A DNA stretch of 63,739 bases, counting the filler, from Halocafeteria seosinensis (Eukaryota): NCBI GenBank assembly GCA_001687465.1. It is 6 parts of 6 records of this genome, joined end to end, with 100 filler letters (N's around TTAATTAATTAA, not from the genome) between each part and the next. Parts side by side here need not be neighbours in the genome. Positions count along the whole stretch, not along the records: positions 3,131 to 31,202 come from LVLI01000139.1; 5 more parts are not named here. The stretch is one strand, 5' to 3'. The translations under genes and the position numbers were made by a program. Each line of letters starts with the position of its first letter. The first letter of the stretch is position 1. Below are positions 20,301 through 29,821 of this stretch, in pieces. The notes under the pieces are model-generated. The model saw only the letters and a list, made by a program, of their open reading frames with translations. It was not told the DNA's origin and did no database searches.

Positions 20301-20905
20301 ATCGGAAATGTGGGGTACGGAAGCCGATGAATTTCTTTGGACGGTTTGTGTTTTGTTCCAATAGCGACAATCCGGTCAAGATTGAAGAAGGCGATCGCCG
20401 ATATGTGGATTTTGAAACCTCAAGGAAACATGCCGATGATACCGCCTTCTTTGCTCCGGTCACCGATTTGCTGGATGATCCGCTTTTTATTCGCCTGATT
20501 TATGATCACCTGACGTCCATTGACTTACGTGACTGTGATTTTAAGAAGGAAGCCCCCATTACAAATTCGTACAAGGCCAACAAACTGGCCAACGCATCCA
20601 TTATTGATAAATTCTTATTGGATCACTTTTTACCGAACTATGAGGGACAGGAAGAGGTTTTTATTAGTAATGACGGGCTGTTTGATGATCTTTCCGAATG
20701 GTATAAAAACCAATACCGGCGAGGGGAAAATCTTCCCCTGAGCAAAAGCAAAGTGACACGAGATCTGAAAAAAGTGGATGGCATTGAGATATATCGTTCT
20801 TCCAAAGAACGTGGGTTTAAATTTACTTATCAGCGAATTGAAAACACGCTAAGTCAGCGAGGATTCCTTGAAACGGATGTTCCCTTCCTTCTTGACGACG
20901 ATTGA
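17384..20905 (+). CDS. Replication protein: AEP primase + TVpol (PolA-like) domain + SF3 helicase
   Basis: AEP motifs VVDIDF, KDGFHIIYP, VVDKKV..NPWTMYG. TVpol-like GRFY, YDFDIINSMP, KELF..PLFGG, SYFLQELE, HDG. SF3 motifs GGQGTGKN, VADE, FCSN, GDRRY. Confidence 0.85.
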   Translation: MTTQTHQELKDFLGQFYVKKDPKSNQKFEWTHTSLCNPTGSYLIPEEKYPELHRLVDQRAFGDRQPTYLTERNRETKIIVVDIDFKFNSEYQDRMYNQQHVENIVQLYNCAIRHVLDMDFDKPLSAFVMEKPDPTPSSGNIKDGFHIIYPYVICGRQAQHRIRDYVVEHFFDIFYHDQQHLPFKNTVHDVVDKKVISSNPWTMYGCYSKASGSKFYQLTHIYQQTYDTEEEEYQLSRLNPDKYTSLELIQLFSIHRYDKQYHYEWRTRPEEESEEEESEDEEEELSEDPSVQNNAFLDENGKISGMECGRTDIKEMMERIEQEDFYEHLDFNEFYQALGEPRNEDKIVKMMIATSKDPNSNNLQALMKVMERIQRNYKEIQYYQPTPPIGRFYSQGNQSVGLLHRGFRHAICRESKYDFDIINSMPTMFYEWAKRVNVTICPILERYVQEPKNLRREYQDRLDFTKDQVKELFIIPLFGGNLENHFTSGDIPREFKEYQKNVGEIVRAIKKQNPKDWDKYRNIIRQKREKEGVKKKVTDYSVLSYFLQELEIRVVALTLLYFERCGLPMRNASISHDGFLYPKDKLDQYLINRCLTIDEFAHDVSEYIRSETQMELVEFINKPMDEGIPRYQSSIDPRRKKTYDERKIIEQIERIIGRCWKTHRDQAITEQKEEINNELKSQQEERDSLDQECKKKIKKCNDKIKQLEKSMENIEKSEKIKEVDKEFEQYQQILTLRLMDTFFRLISVTGEVQQYFPDRGYYGATIQPNDLLKSYTYLGKKNIEYWKAHVGSQYRDVDFWPYPDDNVQENDINTFEGFRAEWTTPFYLVDMSDDKRKKYYQGLQRFRDILANLVGFDEETDDPKLDECRGYVEKWLSHCLQRPSKKEECLKALIFHGGQGTGKNLVFEEIMRRIIGDKYATTQSKIENIVGEFNEALENKLLIVADEITDKKGHEASGQLKSLITTYNKIWINRKCGVRKPMNFFGRFVFCSNSDNPVKIEEGDRRYVDFETSRKHADDTAFFAPVTDLLDDPLFIRLIYDHLTSIDLRDCDFKKEAPITNSYKANKLANASIIDKFLLDHFLPNYEGQEEVFISNDGLFDDLSEWYKNQYRRGENLPLSKSKVTRDLKKVDGIEIYRSSKERGFKFTYQRIENTLSQRGFLETDVPFLLDDD

Positions 20906-20937
20906 TAATAATGATTTCATTTTCATTATTATTTCTT

Positions 20938-21597
20938 TTATCGTACCAACGAGATCCGTTCCCGTTCTTCACGAGGATACAGGTTCATCAGCCGGTTGAT
21001 ACAAGCGAACCTCCGGAATTCCCGTTCCTCTTTCGCCCCGAGTCGTTCGGTTTGGTAGTAATATTGCTTTTCGTATTGTTTGCTTCGGCTGATTCGCAAT
21101 GGGTGGGGACACACCCAAACCGGATAATAGCGGAAACAGGGCAATGGACACCGGCGAACCCGTTTTTCGTTCTCCTCAAAGATCCAATGGCCGAACAGGG
21201 GGCGTGTGTCCTTAAACGAGATGCTCTCCACTTCGTCACAGACTTTGTTTTGAAGGCAGAATTCAAGAGACAACGCTAATTTCTCTGTGTCTTCGTAATT
21301 CAAGTGGATATGGGGGAACATAAACCATAATCGGCTCTTATACCGGCTCATGTACAGCAATTGCTTGGTCTCCAAGAGGTCACACCGGATTTCCACGTGG
21401 TTATATATGCGTAAGAGCAAGTTATGGACGTCTTGCTTCTTGGGAATCTTGGTACAATGGACGACCAACCACAGAGGCATGATGTCGGTTGTCTCTGGGT
21501 CGTATTGCTCATAGATACACTGTTTGCCGTTCCATGCTTGTTCACAGGCGTCTTGGCTCATGGTTACCGCTATTTCATTATCTAACAGATGGGACAT
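20938..21597 (-). CDS. Hypothetical protein, possibly an inactivated AEP-fold paralog
   Basis: 219 aa with a GATATAGAAGA leader. LWFMFPHI and RPLFGH resemble AEP FHIIYPY and WTMYG. Confidence 0.55.
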   Translation of the reverse strand: MSHLLDNEIAVTMSQDACEQAWNGKQCIYEQYDPETTDIMPLWLVVHCTKIPKKQDVHNLLLRIYNHVEIRCDLLETKQLLYMSRYKSRLWFMFPHIHLNYEDTEKLALSLEFCLQNKVCDEVESISFKDTRPLFGHWIFEENEKRVRRCPLPCFRYYPVWVCPHPLRISRSKQYEKQYYYQTERLGAKEEREFRRFACINRLMNLYPREERERISLVR

Positions 21598-21649
21598 TCT
21601 TCTATATCCCCTGACGGAAAAAATTTCTGAATGTCATTGATATAGAATC

Positions 21650-22528
21650 ATGGACGAAGCGTTGCGTGGAGTGTTTGATCAAATCAGCGAATCGGCCAAA
21701 GCCAAGAAAGAGCGGAAGCAAGAGAGAAACCAGACAGCAGATATCTCAGACACCGGTTTTGATACGACGCAAGAAAGCAAACCACGAGTCTGTAAGAGTC
21801 CGAATGCCTCCACCTTTTTCCAAGTCGCCCAAGCATCGTATCAAAAACCGAAGGAACGCCCTCAGATTATCAACCAATGGTGGGCGAAGGTACAAGGGTT
21901 TCAGACGCCAACCTTTACCGCCTATGAAGACCGGCAAAATGATGTCTATTTGATCGGGTATCGGGGCACCGTGGTTCAATCGGTCACCGACTTGACGGCG
22001 GATCGTCGGATCATGTTCAATCGGTTAAACGAATCCGACCGGTACCAGAAAGATCTACGAACCACGTCTAAATTCTTGGAACGGTTTGGCCGAGGCGAAT
22101 GTATTTTCACGGTCGGCCATTCACTAGGTGGAGCGGTACAACTTCAGATCCAACGGGATTTAGACCACTTTGCCAAAGGCGGTCGTGGATTCAATTCTGC
22201 GTTACAACCAAAAGATCTGGTACGCCGTCCCAAAAACTACGAGTTTTGGTTTATAGCAGGGGATCCTTTATATTCCCTCTCTGGACGCTTTTTGAAGAAA
22301 AATTTGTTCGTCTTCCCTCAGGTATCGAAAAAAGCATTACAAAATCACAGCCTTGAGAATTTCAAGGGACTGAAGAAGACCGACGCCACCAACAAGAAAC
22401 GGGGTGGTGGCCGACGGAAACCCAATTTGGATGATTTGGTCAAGTTGGGACTCATTACCAAGAGTGATAAGCAACAGATTAACAATGATCCGTGGAAATT
22501 GGTGGAGATATTCAAGCAGGGACAGTGA
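21650..22528 (+). CDS. Class 3 lipase-like alpha/beta hydrolase
   Basis: IGYRGT...DLTAD, nucleophile elbow VGHSLGG, GDP (Asp) and NHSL (His). Confidence 0.9.
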   Translation: MDEALRGVFDQISESAKAKKERKQERNQTADISDTGFDTTQESKPRVCKSPNASTFFQVAQASYQKPKERPQIINQWWAKVQGFQTPTFTAYEDRQNDVYLIGYRGTVVQSVTDLTADRRIMFNRLNESDRYQKDLRTTSKFLERFGRGECIFTVGHSLGGAVQLQIQRDLDHFAKGGRGFNSALQPKDLVRRPKNYEFWFIAGDPLYSLSGRFLKKNLFVFPQVSKKALQNHSLENFKGLKKTDATNKKRGGGRRKPNLDDLVKLGLITKSDKQQINNDPWKLVEIFKQGQ

Positions 22529-22558
22529 ATTATTTTTGCCGTTGGGATATAGAAGAAT

Positions 22559-25003
22559 ATGGCAGTTAGTTCAATCATCAATCGGAACACGGCGAAAATT
22601 TATGAACATCTCATTCCCGACATATCAGCGGGGGCGTCGTTGTCGTCCGTCACGGTGGCGTCGTCCAGTATGTCGCAAGATATCAAAGACAACGCCGACT
22701 ATACCTGTGATGGAACGGATGATCAAGAGGAAATTCAACAAGCCATCAATCAGGTCAATAATGAAGGTGGTGGCCAAGTCCAACTAAGCGGAGGGACATT
22801 TTCGGTTAATACACAGGAGGGGCAATCCTACGCCATTCAGATGCTCCATGGTGTCCGTTTGCGTGGTGAAGGACGAGGAACGACTACCATTCAGAAAGAC
22901 CAACAGGATGATGGCAGTCCTCAAGATATTTTCCTCATGGGCAATGACAGCAGTATGTCTATTACCGGATTGACGGTGGATGGTGTGGGATTAAACTATA
23001 CCAATTCTTGTATCGAAGTGTCGCAATCGCATAAGAGTTCGGTCATTGATGTGGAATGTACCAATGGGATTACCGGTTTGCTTGTCCAAGGAACATATGA
23101 GTTTGCCTTTAGTCACTTGTTTTTTTCGAAGCACGACCAACAATCCATGTTCGTTGGCAATCAAGTGGGAAGTGGAAACAATATTGATGGATCCGACCAA
23201 TACTCCCCCATTATTCGGGACGTCCATATAAATGAGAATGAAGACGTGGATATGGGCAATGGCAATTTCCCCAACCCCAATCAGGGGATACGAATCAAAG
23301 GGCGGAATATCCAAGTATCCGATGTATTTATCGCAGGGTGTCAAAAATTTGGAATTTGGATTCAGGGCAAACGCAACTTGGTGAGCAATATCCGAGGCCG
23401 TAAGATCGGGGACAAAACCATTTACGTCGATGGATCGCAATCCGGAGATGATATTTGTGAATTTCATCGAGTGGAAAATATCAACGCCACCGAATGCCAA
23501 GGGGATGTTCTTATCCTGAATGAATGCCGACACTGTTCGATCGAAAATGGCTATCTTATGGACTGTGGCTATACCAATCAACAGACGACCCCCCGAAAAT
23601 TTCCGATGAAAATTACTGGGTCAAGTGGCAACATGGCGAATAATAATACACTTCGAAATATCGGAGTCTATCAAGATACCAAGACATATGACTATGGTTC
23701 GACAATATCGTATTTTATATCATTAAATCAATACTCTCAGGATTCGACGGTGGATGGGATTTACATGGATGCCAACGTACGTGGCAACGTATCCGCATCG
23801 CCAATTGATGTGGGGATTCGATTGGACAAAACACGAAATAATTCAATTGGAAACATTGAAGTCAAAAACGTCTCTAAAAGGGGCATAGTATCAATTAACG
23901 GAAAACAAAATAAATTTAATAATCTTACCTTTGAAAATATCGGGGATGGATCATCTGGTCAGAATGCCATGGAATTGGATGGGGAACAAAACGTGACTGT
24001 GGATGGTTTTGCCTTGAATTCCACCTGCTACCGTGCCATATTTGTCCGTAAAGCAACGGGCAGTTCCAATGTTCCCCATGGAGTGAATATCTCGAACGTC
24101 AATATTACTAATTCGGACAGTTTGGGGCTAGACATCCAAAAATGTACCGGCATGATCTTATCGGGAATCCATTATCGTGGAAACGGCAACAGCAGTTCAA
24201 AGGTTATTTCCATTGATAACAGTACGAAAATTAATTTGACCAATCTCATCTTCAACAATATTCAATCGGGGATTTCCATCAGCAATACGGCACAAGATAT
24301 TTTGGTCTCGGGGCTTCAGATCAATCTTTGTCAAGGCGATGCGTTTGAAATCAATGGAGGGCAAAAGGTTTCACTGAGTCATTATTATTTCGACACGGTA
24401 CAATCAAGGGATATCTATGTCCATGGCGATAGCGACATGCTACAGATCACCAATGGGATCAGTTGGCAGAATGGCTTGGATAACCCGACCGAGGGAATTG
24501 TCCAAATCGCCCCATCACAGGTACAAAATGATTTAACTATGGATAATATCCAAATCCTCCGACCTCAGGGAACGGCTCAGCCGACATGTGCCTGTTTTCA
24601 AATCGGAACGAGTGCTTCATCGGATACCTTTGTACGAACGCAAATGAGCAATCTGAAATGTGCCCGTTTGCAAGATGGCCACCGTGCTATGGAGATTTTA
24701 GGCGTCCCCAATTTCCGATTGGTCAACTGTTTCTGGAACTTCCTGACCCAAGACAATGCCGTTGATGGCAAAGTCCGAATTATAGGCTGTCATGATTTCC
24801 TCATGAGCGGATGTATCATGGATATTGATGGATCAGGAACTCATTTCAATAATGGGAATGCTTTATTCATTGAAAACGATAGTGGTGGTCAAGCCCAAAG
24901 AGTCACTTTGACGCAAAACAATATCACGCAAAATAGTGGGGATAATAGCGTCAAAGTGAATACGAGTAACTCTAAACTGGCCAACAATATTGCCAATTTC
25001 TAA
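22559..25003 (+). CDS. Right-handed beta-helix (pectate-lyase-like) fibre/spike protein
   Basis: ADYTCDGTDDQEEIQQAIN...GGQVQLSGGTF...GEGRGTT cap followed by ~700 aa of Asn/Ile-rich parallel beta-helix repeats. Confidence 0.85.
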   Translation: MAVSSIINRNTAKIYEHLIPDISAGASLSSVTVASSSMSQDIKDNADYTCDGTDDQEEIQQAINQVNNEGGGQVQLSGGTFSVNTQEGQSYAIQMLHGVRLRGEGRGTTTIQKDQQDDGSPQDIFLMGNDSSMSITGLTVDGVGLNYTNSCIEVSQSHKSSVIDVECTNGITGLLVQGTYEFAFSHLFFSKHDQQSMFVGNQVGSGNNIDGSDQYSPIIRDVHINENEDVDMGNGNFPNPNQGIRIKGRNIQVSDVFIAGCQKFGIWIQGKRNLVSNIRGRKIGDKTIYVDGSQSGDDICEFHRVENINATECQGDVLILNECRHCSIENGYLMDCGYTNQQTTPRKFPMKITGSSGNMANNNTLRNIGVYQDTKTYDYGSTISYFISLNQYSQDSTVDGIYMDANVRGNVSASPIDVGIRLDKTRNNSIGNIEVKNVSKRGIVSINGKQNKFNNLTFENIGDGSSGQNAMELDGEQNVTVDGFALNSTCYRAIFVRKATGSSNVPHGVNISNVNITNSDSLGLDIQKCTGMILSGIHYRGNGNSSSKVISIDNSTKINLTNLIFNNIQSGISISNTAQDILVSGLQINLCQGDAFEINGGQKVSLSHYYFDTVQSRDIYVHGDSDMLQITNGISWQNGLDNPTEGIVQIAPSQVQNDLTMDNIQILRPQGTAQPTCACFQIGTSASSDTFVRTQMSNLKCARLQDGHRAMEILGVPNFRLVNCFWNFLTQDNAVDGKVRIIGCHDFLMSGCIMDIDGSGTHFNNGNALFIENDSGGQAQRVTLTQNNITQNSGDNSVKVNTSNSKLANNIANF

Positions 25004-25046
25004 TGGATACTCAGAATAATAATCTTTCGGAGATTATTATATAGAG

Positions 25047-28000
25047 ATGTCATCACTTCTGACAACGGAAGCCAAAGATTGGGCAAGATATCAGGCCAAC
25101 GCTCATGTGAATATGGGCACCTATCGCCTAGAGAACGTCGGCAATCCAACCAGTTTGGGTCACGTGGCCAGTAAGAGTTATGTGGATACCCGTGCCAGTA
25201 TTCCCCAAATGCTTCAGGGGGCTCGTGCCTATTATTCCTTTGATGACCCGTCGGATTCCTACAATGATTCCATCGGAACGTACGATGGGACGCCGTCCGG
25301 TATCGTGACCATTACCAGCGATGGCAAGATTGCCAACGCCTTTGAAATGGCCGGAACGGAACACTTGAAAGTCGGCGACGCCTTCCATTTCGGTTCCAAT
25401 GATTTTACGATTTCCTTTTGGTATTATCCGACGCAATTGAACAGCAACCAGACGTTGATCCATCAAGGCGATTCGTCCAACCAGTTTTCCATTTACCATA
25501 ATGCCAGTAATTCCCAAATCACATTATTCACGGACGATGGATCCACGGCCAATCTGTCGACCAATTCGTCCTTCGGGACGTTGAACCAATGGTATCATAT
25601 TGTGGTGGTACGAAGCGGGGGTGGAACAGGCCAAATTTATGTCAATGGGACGTTAGAGATTGGGGGATCAGCGGTACGCCCCGGTTCCATTAGTACATCG
25701 GACAGTGGAACCATTGGATTTGATGGGGGAGAAACCTACGCCCGTGTGGATGAAGTCGGGGCTTGGGATCGTATGTTGGGCTCGGATGAAGTGGAGTATT
25801 TGTACAATAATGGCAATGGTACCAATGATTTCCACAAATTTGGCTGGTATTCCTTTCCGGCTCAGCAAGATATCAATTTGAATCAGAATCGGATTACCAA
25901 TCTGGCCGAACCGTCGGCGTCGGGGGATGCCTCGACCAAAGGATACGTCGATACACGGGCTTCTATACCCCAGTTACGGCAAGGAGCACGGGCTTATTAC
26001 TCATTTGAAGGTACCTATGAAGATTCCATTGGGACGCATGATGGATCGGCGAATGGTTCTTTGTCATTTACGCCGGGTAAATTAGGACAGGCCGTTCAAT
26101 TTACCGGAACCAATAACGAATATGTGGATTTGGGAGCGTCCGCCTTGGATCATGGGACAGGTGATTTTACATGGTCATTCTGGTTCAACACCAATGACAA
26201 TACCAAATCCCAAATGTTTATCACGGCTCAAAGGAACAGCAATGATCTTATTTATATTTATTTGACAGCCGGAAATATTAGATTTAAAGCAAAAGATGGT
26301 GGGAGTCCTTCGGATCTAAATACAAGTTTTAGTCCAGCGAATAATACATGGTATTTTGTGACAGCCACCCGAACAGGGTCGTCGGCTGAGGTATTTATTG
26401 ATGGAGTAAGTGATGTCTCAGGCACGTTACCCGCTTCCGACCTGACCGGAAATAAATCTTGGATCGGTGAATTCACCGAATCCAACCTGCCAATGGATGG
26501 TGAAATTGACGAAGTTGGCATCTGGAATCGTGTTTTATCCCCTGAGGAAATTCGTTATCTGTACAACGGAGGCAACGGGACGCAAGATTTTGCCACCTTT
26601 GATTGGTATAGTCGACCGGCTCAATCCACCGTCCATATGAATGGCCATCGGTTGGCGAATGTTGGGACACCAACAGAGAGTACCGATGCCGTGACCAAGA
26701 ATTATACCGACTCATTGGCCGGAATTTCCCAACTTCGGCGTGGGGCTCGTGCCTATTATTCATTTGATGGAACGGATTCCTATGCCGATTCCATCGGGAC
26801 ACATGATGGGACAAATAATGGAACCTCTGTTGTGTCCGGAAAGATTGGAAATGGGATTGAATTTTCTGTCAGTGGAAGTGATACCGTGAATCTGGGAAAA
26901 TCCCTAGATACAGGAACGGGTGATTTTTCCGCTTCAGTATGGATTAAATCGGATTCTGGGGCATCCGAAGGTGATGGTAATGCTGTGATTGNTCAAAATG
27001 TAAGCGGAACTAAGCGATGGATTTTAGAACACTGGCAGAATGGTACATTTCAACTTTACACAGAAGATAGTAACAATAACAAAAGAATCATATCTTCGGC
27101 AAATTACTCTTTTGGCAATTGGTATTTTGTCACTATTACCCGTTCGGGATCGCAAGGAAAAATTTACGTTAATGGTCAATTGGATATTTCAGACACAATA
27201 CAATCAGGTGATATTTCAGGCGGTGGTGATACCAAACTTGGAAGACCTAGTTCTGGTAAAGAAATGGAAGGAATATTAGATGAAATCGGTTGTTGGAATC
27301 GTGTCCTGTCCCTTGAAGAAATCAAATATCTTTACAATAATGGAGCTGGAACTAACGATTTCCAATCTTTTGATTGGTATAGTCGTCCCGCACAAAGTGC
27401 TGTGGATATGAACAGTAACCAAATTAATAATCTTTCTGACCCTACTTCAACCCAAGATGCTGTTTCTCGTAACTACCTAGAAGCTGGTAATATGGCTAAT
27501 GCCATTGATATGAATTCTAAACAAATCAATAATCTTAGTGATCCTACTAGTGCTCAAGATGCTGTTTCCAGAAATTATTTAGAAGTTGGTAATATGGCTA
27601 ATGCTCTGGATATGAATTCCAAACAAATTAATAACTTATCCTCAGCCACTTCTGGAACAGATGCTATTAACCGAAATGATGGTGATGGTAGATTTCTCCG
27701 AAGGGATGGTAACAACACTATGGACGGCACTTTATCTTTCTCAACTGGAAATTCTATTACACTGAATGATACAGCTATGAATGCTGGTTCTAATCAAATC
27801 AACAGTCTCAGTGATCCAACTAGTGCTCAAGATGCTGTCACCCGAAACTATCTAGAAGCTGGAAATATGGCTAATCCTCTAGCTATGAATGATAATGAAG
27901 TTGTAGGAGTAGCAGGGATAACTACTAATACATTAAGTATCAGTGACGATAGTGTTAAATCTCATTCACCGGTTAACAATCAAGGTGTCTTTCTTGCTCG

Positions 28001-28223
28001 GTCTAGTACTGATGTTATTATGATTTTCTATGATGTAGTCAATGGATCTATTCAAAGTATTTCCCAATTTGGTTCACTTTTCAATACTACAACAGGAAGT
28101 CTAAGTGGAACTACAGGGACTGATGGTAACATAACCATTTCAGCGGATGGTACAAACAATGAAATTGATATCGAAAACCGGTCGGGATCATTAGCTTCGG
28201 TTCGCATATTAAACTTATTCTAA
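25047..28223 (+). CDS. Fibre protein with three LamG/concanavalin-like domains and trimeric stalk repeats
   Basis: Three AYYSF...FT.SFW...WY.....R...Y.NG...DEVG.W.R.L..EI.YLYN domains, separated and followed by MN..I.NL.DP....DA....Y stalk repeats. Confidence 0.88.
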   Translation: MSSLLTTEAKDWARYQANAHVNMGTYRLENVGNPTSLGHVASKSYVDTRASIPQMLQGARAYYSFDDPSDSYNDSIGTYDGTPSGIVTITSDGKIANAFEMAGTEHLKVGDAFHFGSNDFTISFWYYPTQLNSNQTLIHQGDSSNQFSIYHNASNSQITLFTDDGSTANLSTNSSFGTLNQWYHIVVVRSGGGTGQIYVNGTLEIGGSAVRPGSISTSDSGTIGFDGGETYARVDEVGAWDRMLGSDEVEYLYNNGNGTNDFHKFGWYSFPAQQDINLNQNRITNLAEPSASGDASTKGYVDTRASIPQLRQGARAYYSFEGTYEDSIGTHDGSANGSLSFTPGKLGQAVQFTGTNNEYVDLGASALDHGTGDFTWSFWFNTNDNTKSQMFITAQRNSNDLIYIYLTAGNIRFKAKDGGSPSDLNTSFSPANNTWYFVTATRTGSSAEVFIDGVSDVSGTLPASDLTGNKSWIGEFTESNLPMDGEIDEVGIWNRVLSPEEIRYLYNGGNGTQDFATFDWYSRPAQSTVHMNGHRLANVGTPTESTDAVTKNYTDSLAGISQLRRGARAYYSFDGTDSYADSIGTHDGTNNGTSVVSGKIGNGIEFSVSGSDTVNLGKSLDTGTGDFSASVWIKSDSGASEGDGNAVIXQNVSGTKRWILEHWQNGTFQLYTEDSNNNKRIISSANYSFGNWYFVTITRSGSQGKIYVNGQLDISDTIQSGDISGGGDTKLGRPSSGKEMEGILDEIGCWNRVLSLEEIKYLYNNGAGTNDFQSFDWYSRPAQSAVDMNSNQINNLSDPTSTQDAVSRNYLEAGNMANAIDMNSKQINNLSDPTSAQDAVSRNYLEVGNMANALDMNSKQINNLSSATSGTDAINRNDGDGRFLRRDGNNTMDGTLSFSTGNSITLNDTAMNAGSNQINSLSDPTSAQDAVTRNYLEAGNMANPLAMNDNEVVGVAGITTNTLSISDDSVKSHSPVNNQGVFLARSSTDVIMIFYDVVNGSIQSISQFGSLFNTTTGSLSGTTGTDGNITISADGTNNEIDIENRSGSLASVRILNLF

Positions 28224-28287
28224 TTTTAAAACTTAGAAAATGATTAAATAAATTTTAGGTAAAAATTATTTAGTATTTATATAGGAA

Positions 28288-29799
28288 ATGACTGTAGCAA
28301 GGTTGAATCAAATGGATAGAGATTTGATGATTCAACCTCATCCTCCAAGATTAGACTATGGAAAAAATACTAGAGGTTGGGCTGAATATAAGTTTCTGGG
28401 TAGAAATGATAATTTTGCTCAAAAACCTAAAGGATATCATGCTAATCTTTCTAATCCCCTTAATCAACAAGCTTATGATTTAGCTAGAAACAGAATTGAT
28501 ACCAAAAGACGTTTAGATAATGCCCCACATAATAATGTTATTGCTAGTAGTATTGAAGGTCGCTTCTATAACAATCATTCAAATGGTCTTTCTCTGGATA
28601 AAAAAGGAGGGGGTAATAGCCAAAACCCAAATCTTCAGCAAGAACTTTTAAGGTTAAAAAAAAGAAATGCTCAAAACTTTGAACAAGGTGAAGAAAGTGG
28701 TGAAAAAGCCCTCCCCAATCCTAAAAGTATGCCCTTAACTGAAGCTAGAGGTGAAATTCTCCAAATTCAAAATCTTCTTTCAGAATGGGTTTTAGCTGTT
28801 CAAGGTACTAAACCCAAAGTGGATGAAATTAAAACCGAATCTATTCAAAAGGTTTTAACTATGCTCCAAGAAAACGGTCAAAAACTTAAATCAGACCAAC
28901 TCAAGAATTTAATCTCTAAAATTGAAACTATTTTAAGCCAAGCTGATGCTCAAACTTTAAAATCTCATAGGGGTAAATTTCGTTTACTTATAATCATTTA
29001 TCTTTACCTTTTCAAGCTCAAGGAAACTATTAACGTCGAAAATCGTGCTCCCGCTTTGGAAGTTTTCTACGATCAAATAATTAAAGCCAATGGTAACCAA
29101 TTAGGTTCCATGCTCGGTACCAGAGCCAATAAATCTAAACTTCCAGAAAGCAAGTTAAATAGTATTGAAAATGCTATTACCGGAGGTGAAACCGAAGAAG
29201 AAACAAAAGCAAAACAGGAACAAAAGGGCAAACGAAAAGAAAAACTTAACGAAAAATATCTAAATCCCGACGATTTAAGCTCTTATCTCAATCAAACAGT
29301 AGATGAAATTAATAAAGATATGGGAAATACAATCTCGCTAGACATCCTTAGAAATTTTGGTAAAAATGAATTAGGACTAGATCTTAAAACAAACATGACT
29401 AAACCAACAGTAATTGAAAAAATTAAAGAAAAAGCTCAGTCTGATCAAGGAGCATCTGCTGAATCTGGTCAAGCTATGCCTCCAGAAGGAAGTGGTAAAA
29501 AAGGAGGAGGTGCTGTAAAAAATATTAAAGATACTATTAACTTTTTCAAAAAGCTGAACAAGAAAGGTGCTAAACCTAAACACGGGACAAAAACTTTCCA
29601 AGGTGATCCTGACGATTTAATGTTAGCCACCGAAGAAGAAAAGAAACAAATTCGTAAACAACGTGAAAAAGAACGAAAACAAAGTAAAAAGGGTAAGAAA
29701 GGTAAGAAGAAAGGAGGGGGATGTGGAAGATTAGGTACTAAAAAATCTACATATGGTCCTCCACTTCAACACAAAAAAGTTATTCAAAAGCTAAAATAA
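28288..29799 (+). CDS. Lys-rich helical hypothetical protein with three KKGGG motifs
   Basis: 503-aa ORF with a TATATAGGAA leader and AT-rich codon use. Confidence 0.75.
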   Translation: MTVARLNQMDRDLMIQPHPPRLDYGKNTRGWAEYKFLGRNDNFAQKPKGYHANLSNPLNQQAYDLARNRIDTKRRLDNAPHNNVIASSIEGRFYNNHSNGLSLDKKGGGNSQNPNLQQELLRLKKRNAQNFEQGEESGEKALPNPKSMPLTEARGEILQIQNLLSEWVLAVQGTKPKVDEIKTESIQKVLTMLQENGQKLKSDQLKNLISKIETILSQADAQTLKSHRGKFRLLIIIYLYLFKLKETINVENRAPALEVFYDQIIKANGNQLGSMLGTRANKSKLPESKLNSIENAITGGETEEETKAKQEQKGKRKEKLNEKYLNPDDLSSYLNQTVDEINKDMGNTISLDILRNFGKNELGLDLKTNMTKPTVIEKIKEKAQSDQGASAESGQAMPPEGSGKKGGGAVKNIKDTINFFKKLNKKGAKPKHGTKTFQGDPDDLMLATEEEKKQIRKQREKERKQSKKGKKGKKKGGGCGRLGTKKSTYGPPLQHKKVIQKLK

Positions 29800-29821
29800 A
29801 ATCTGAGCTTAATATTATAGA

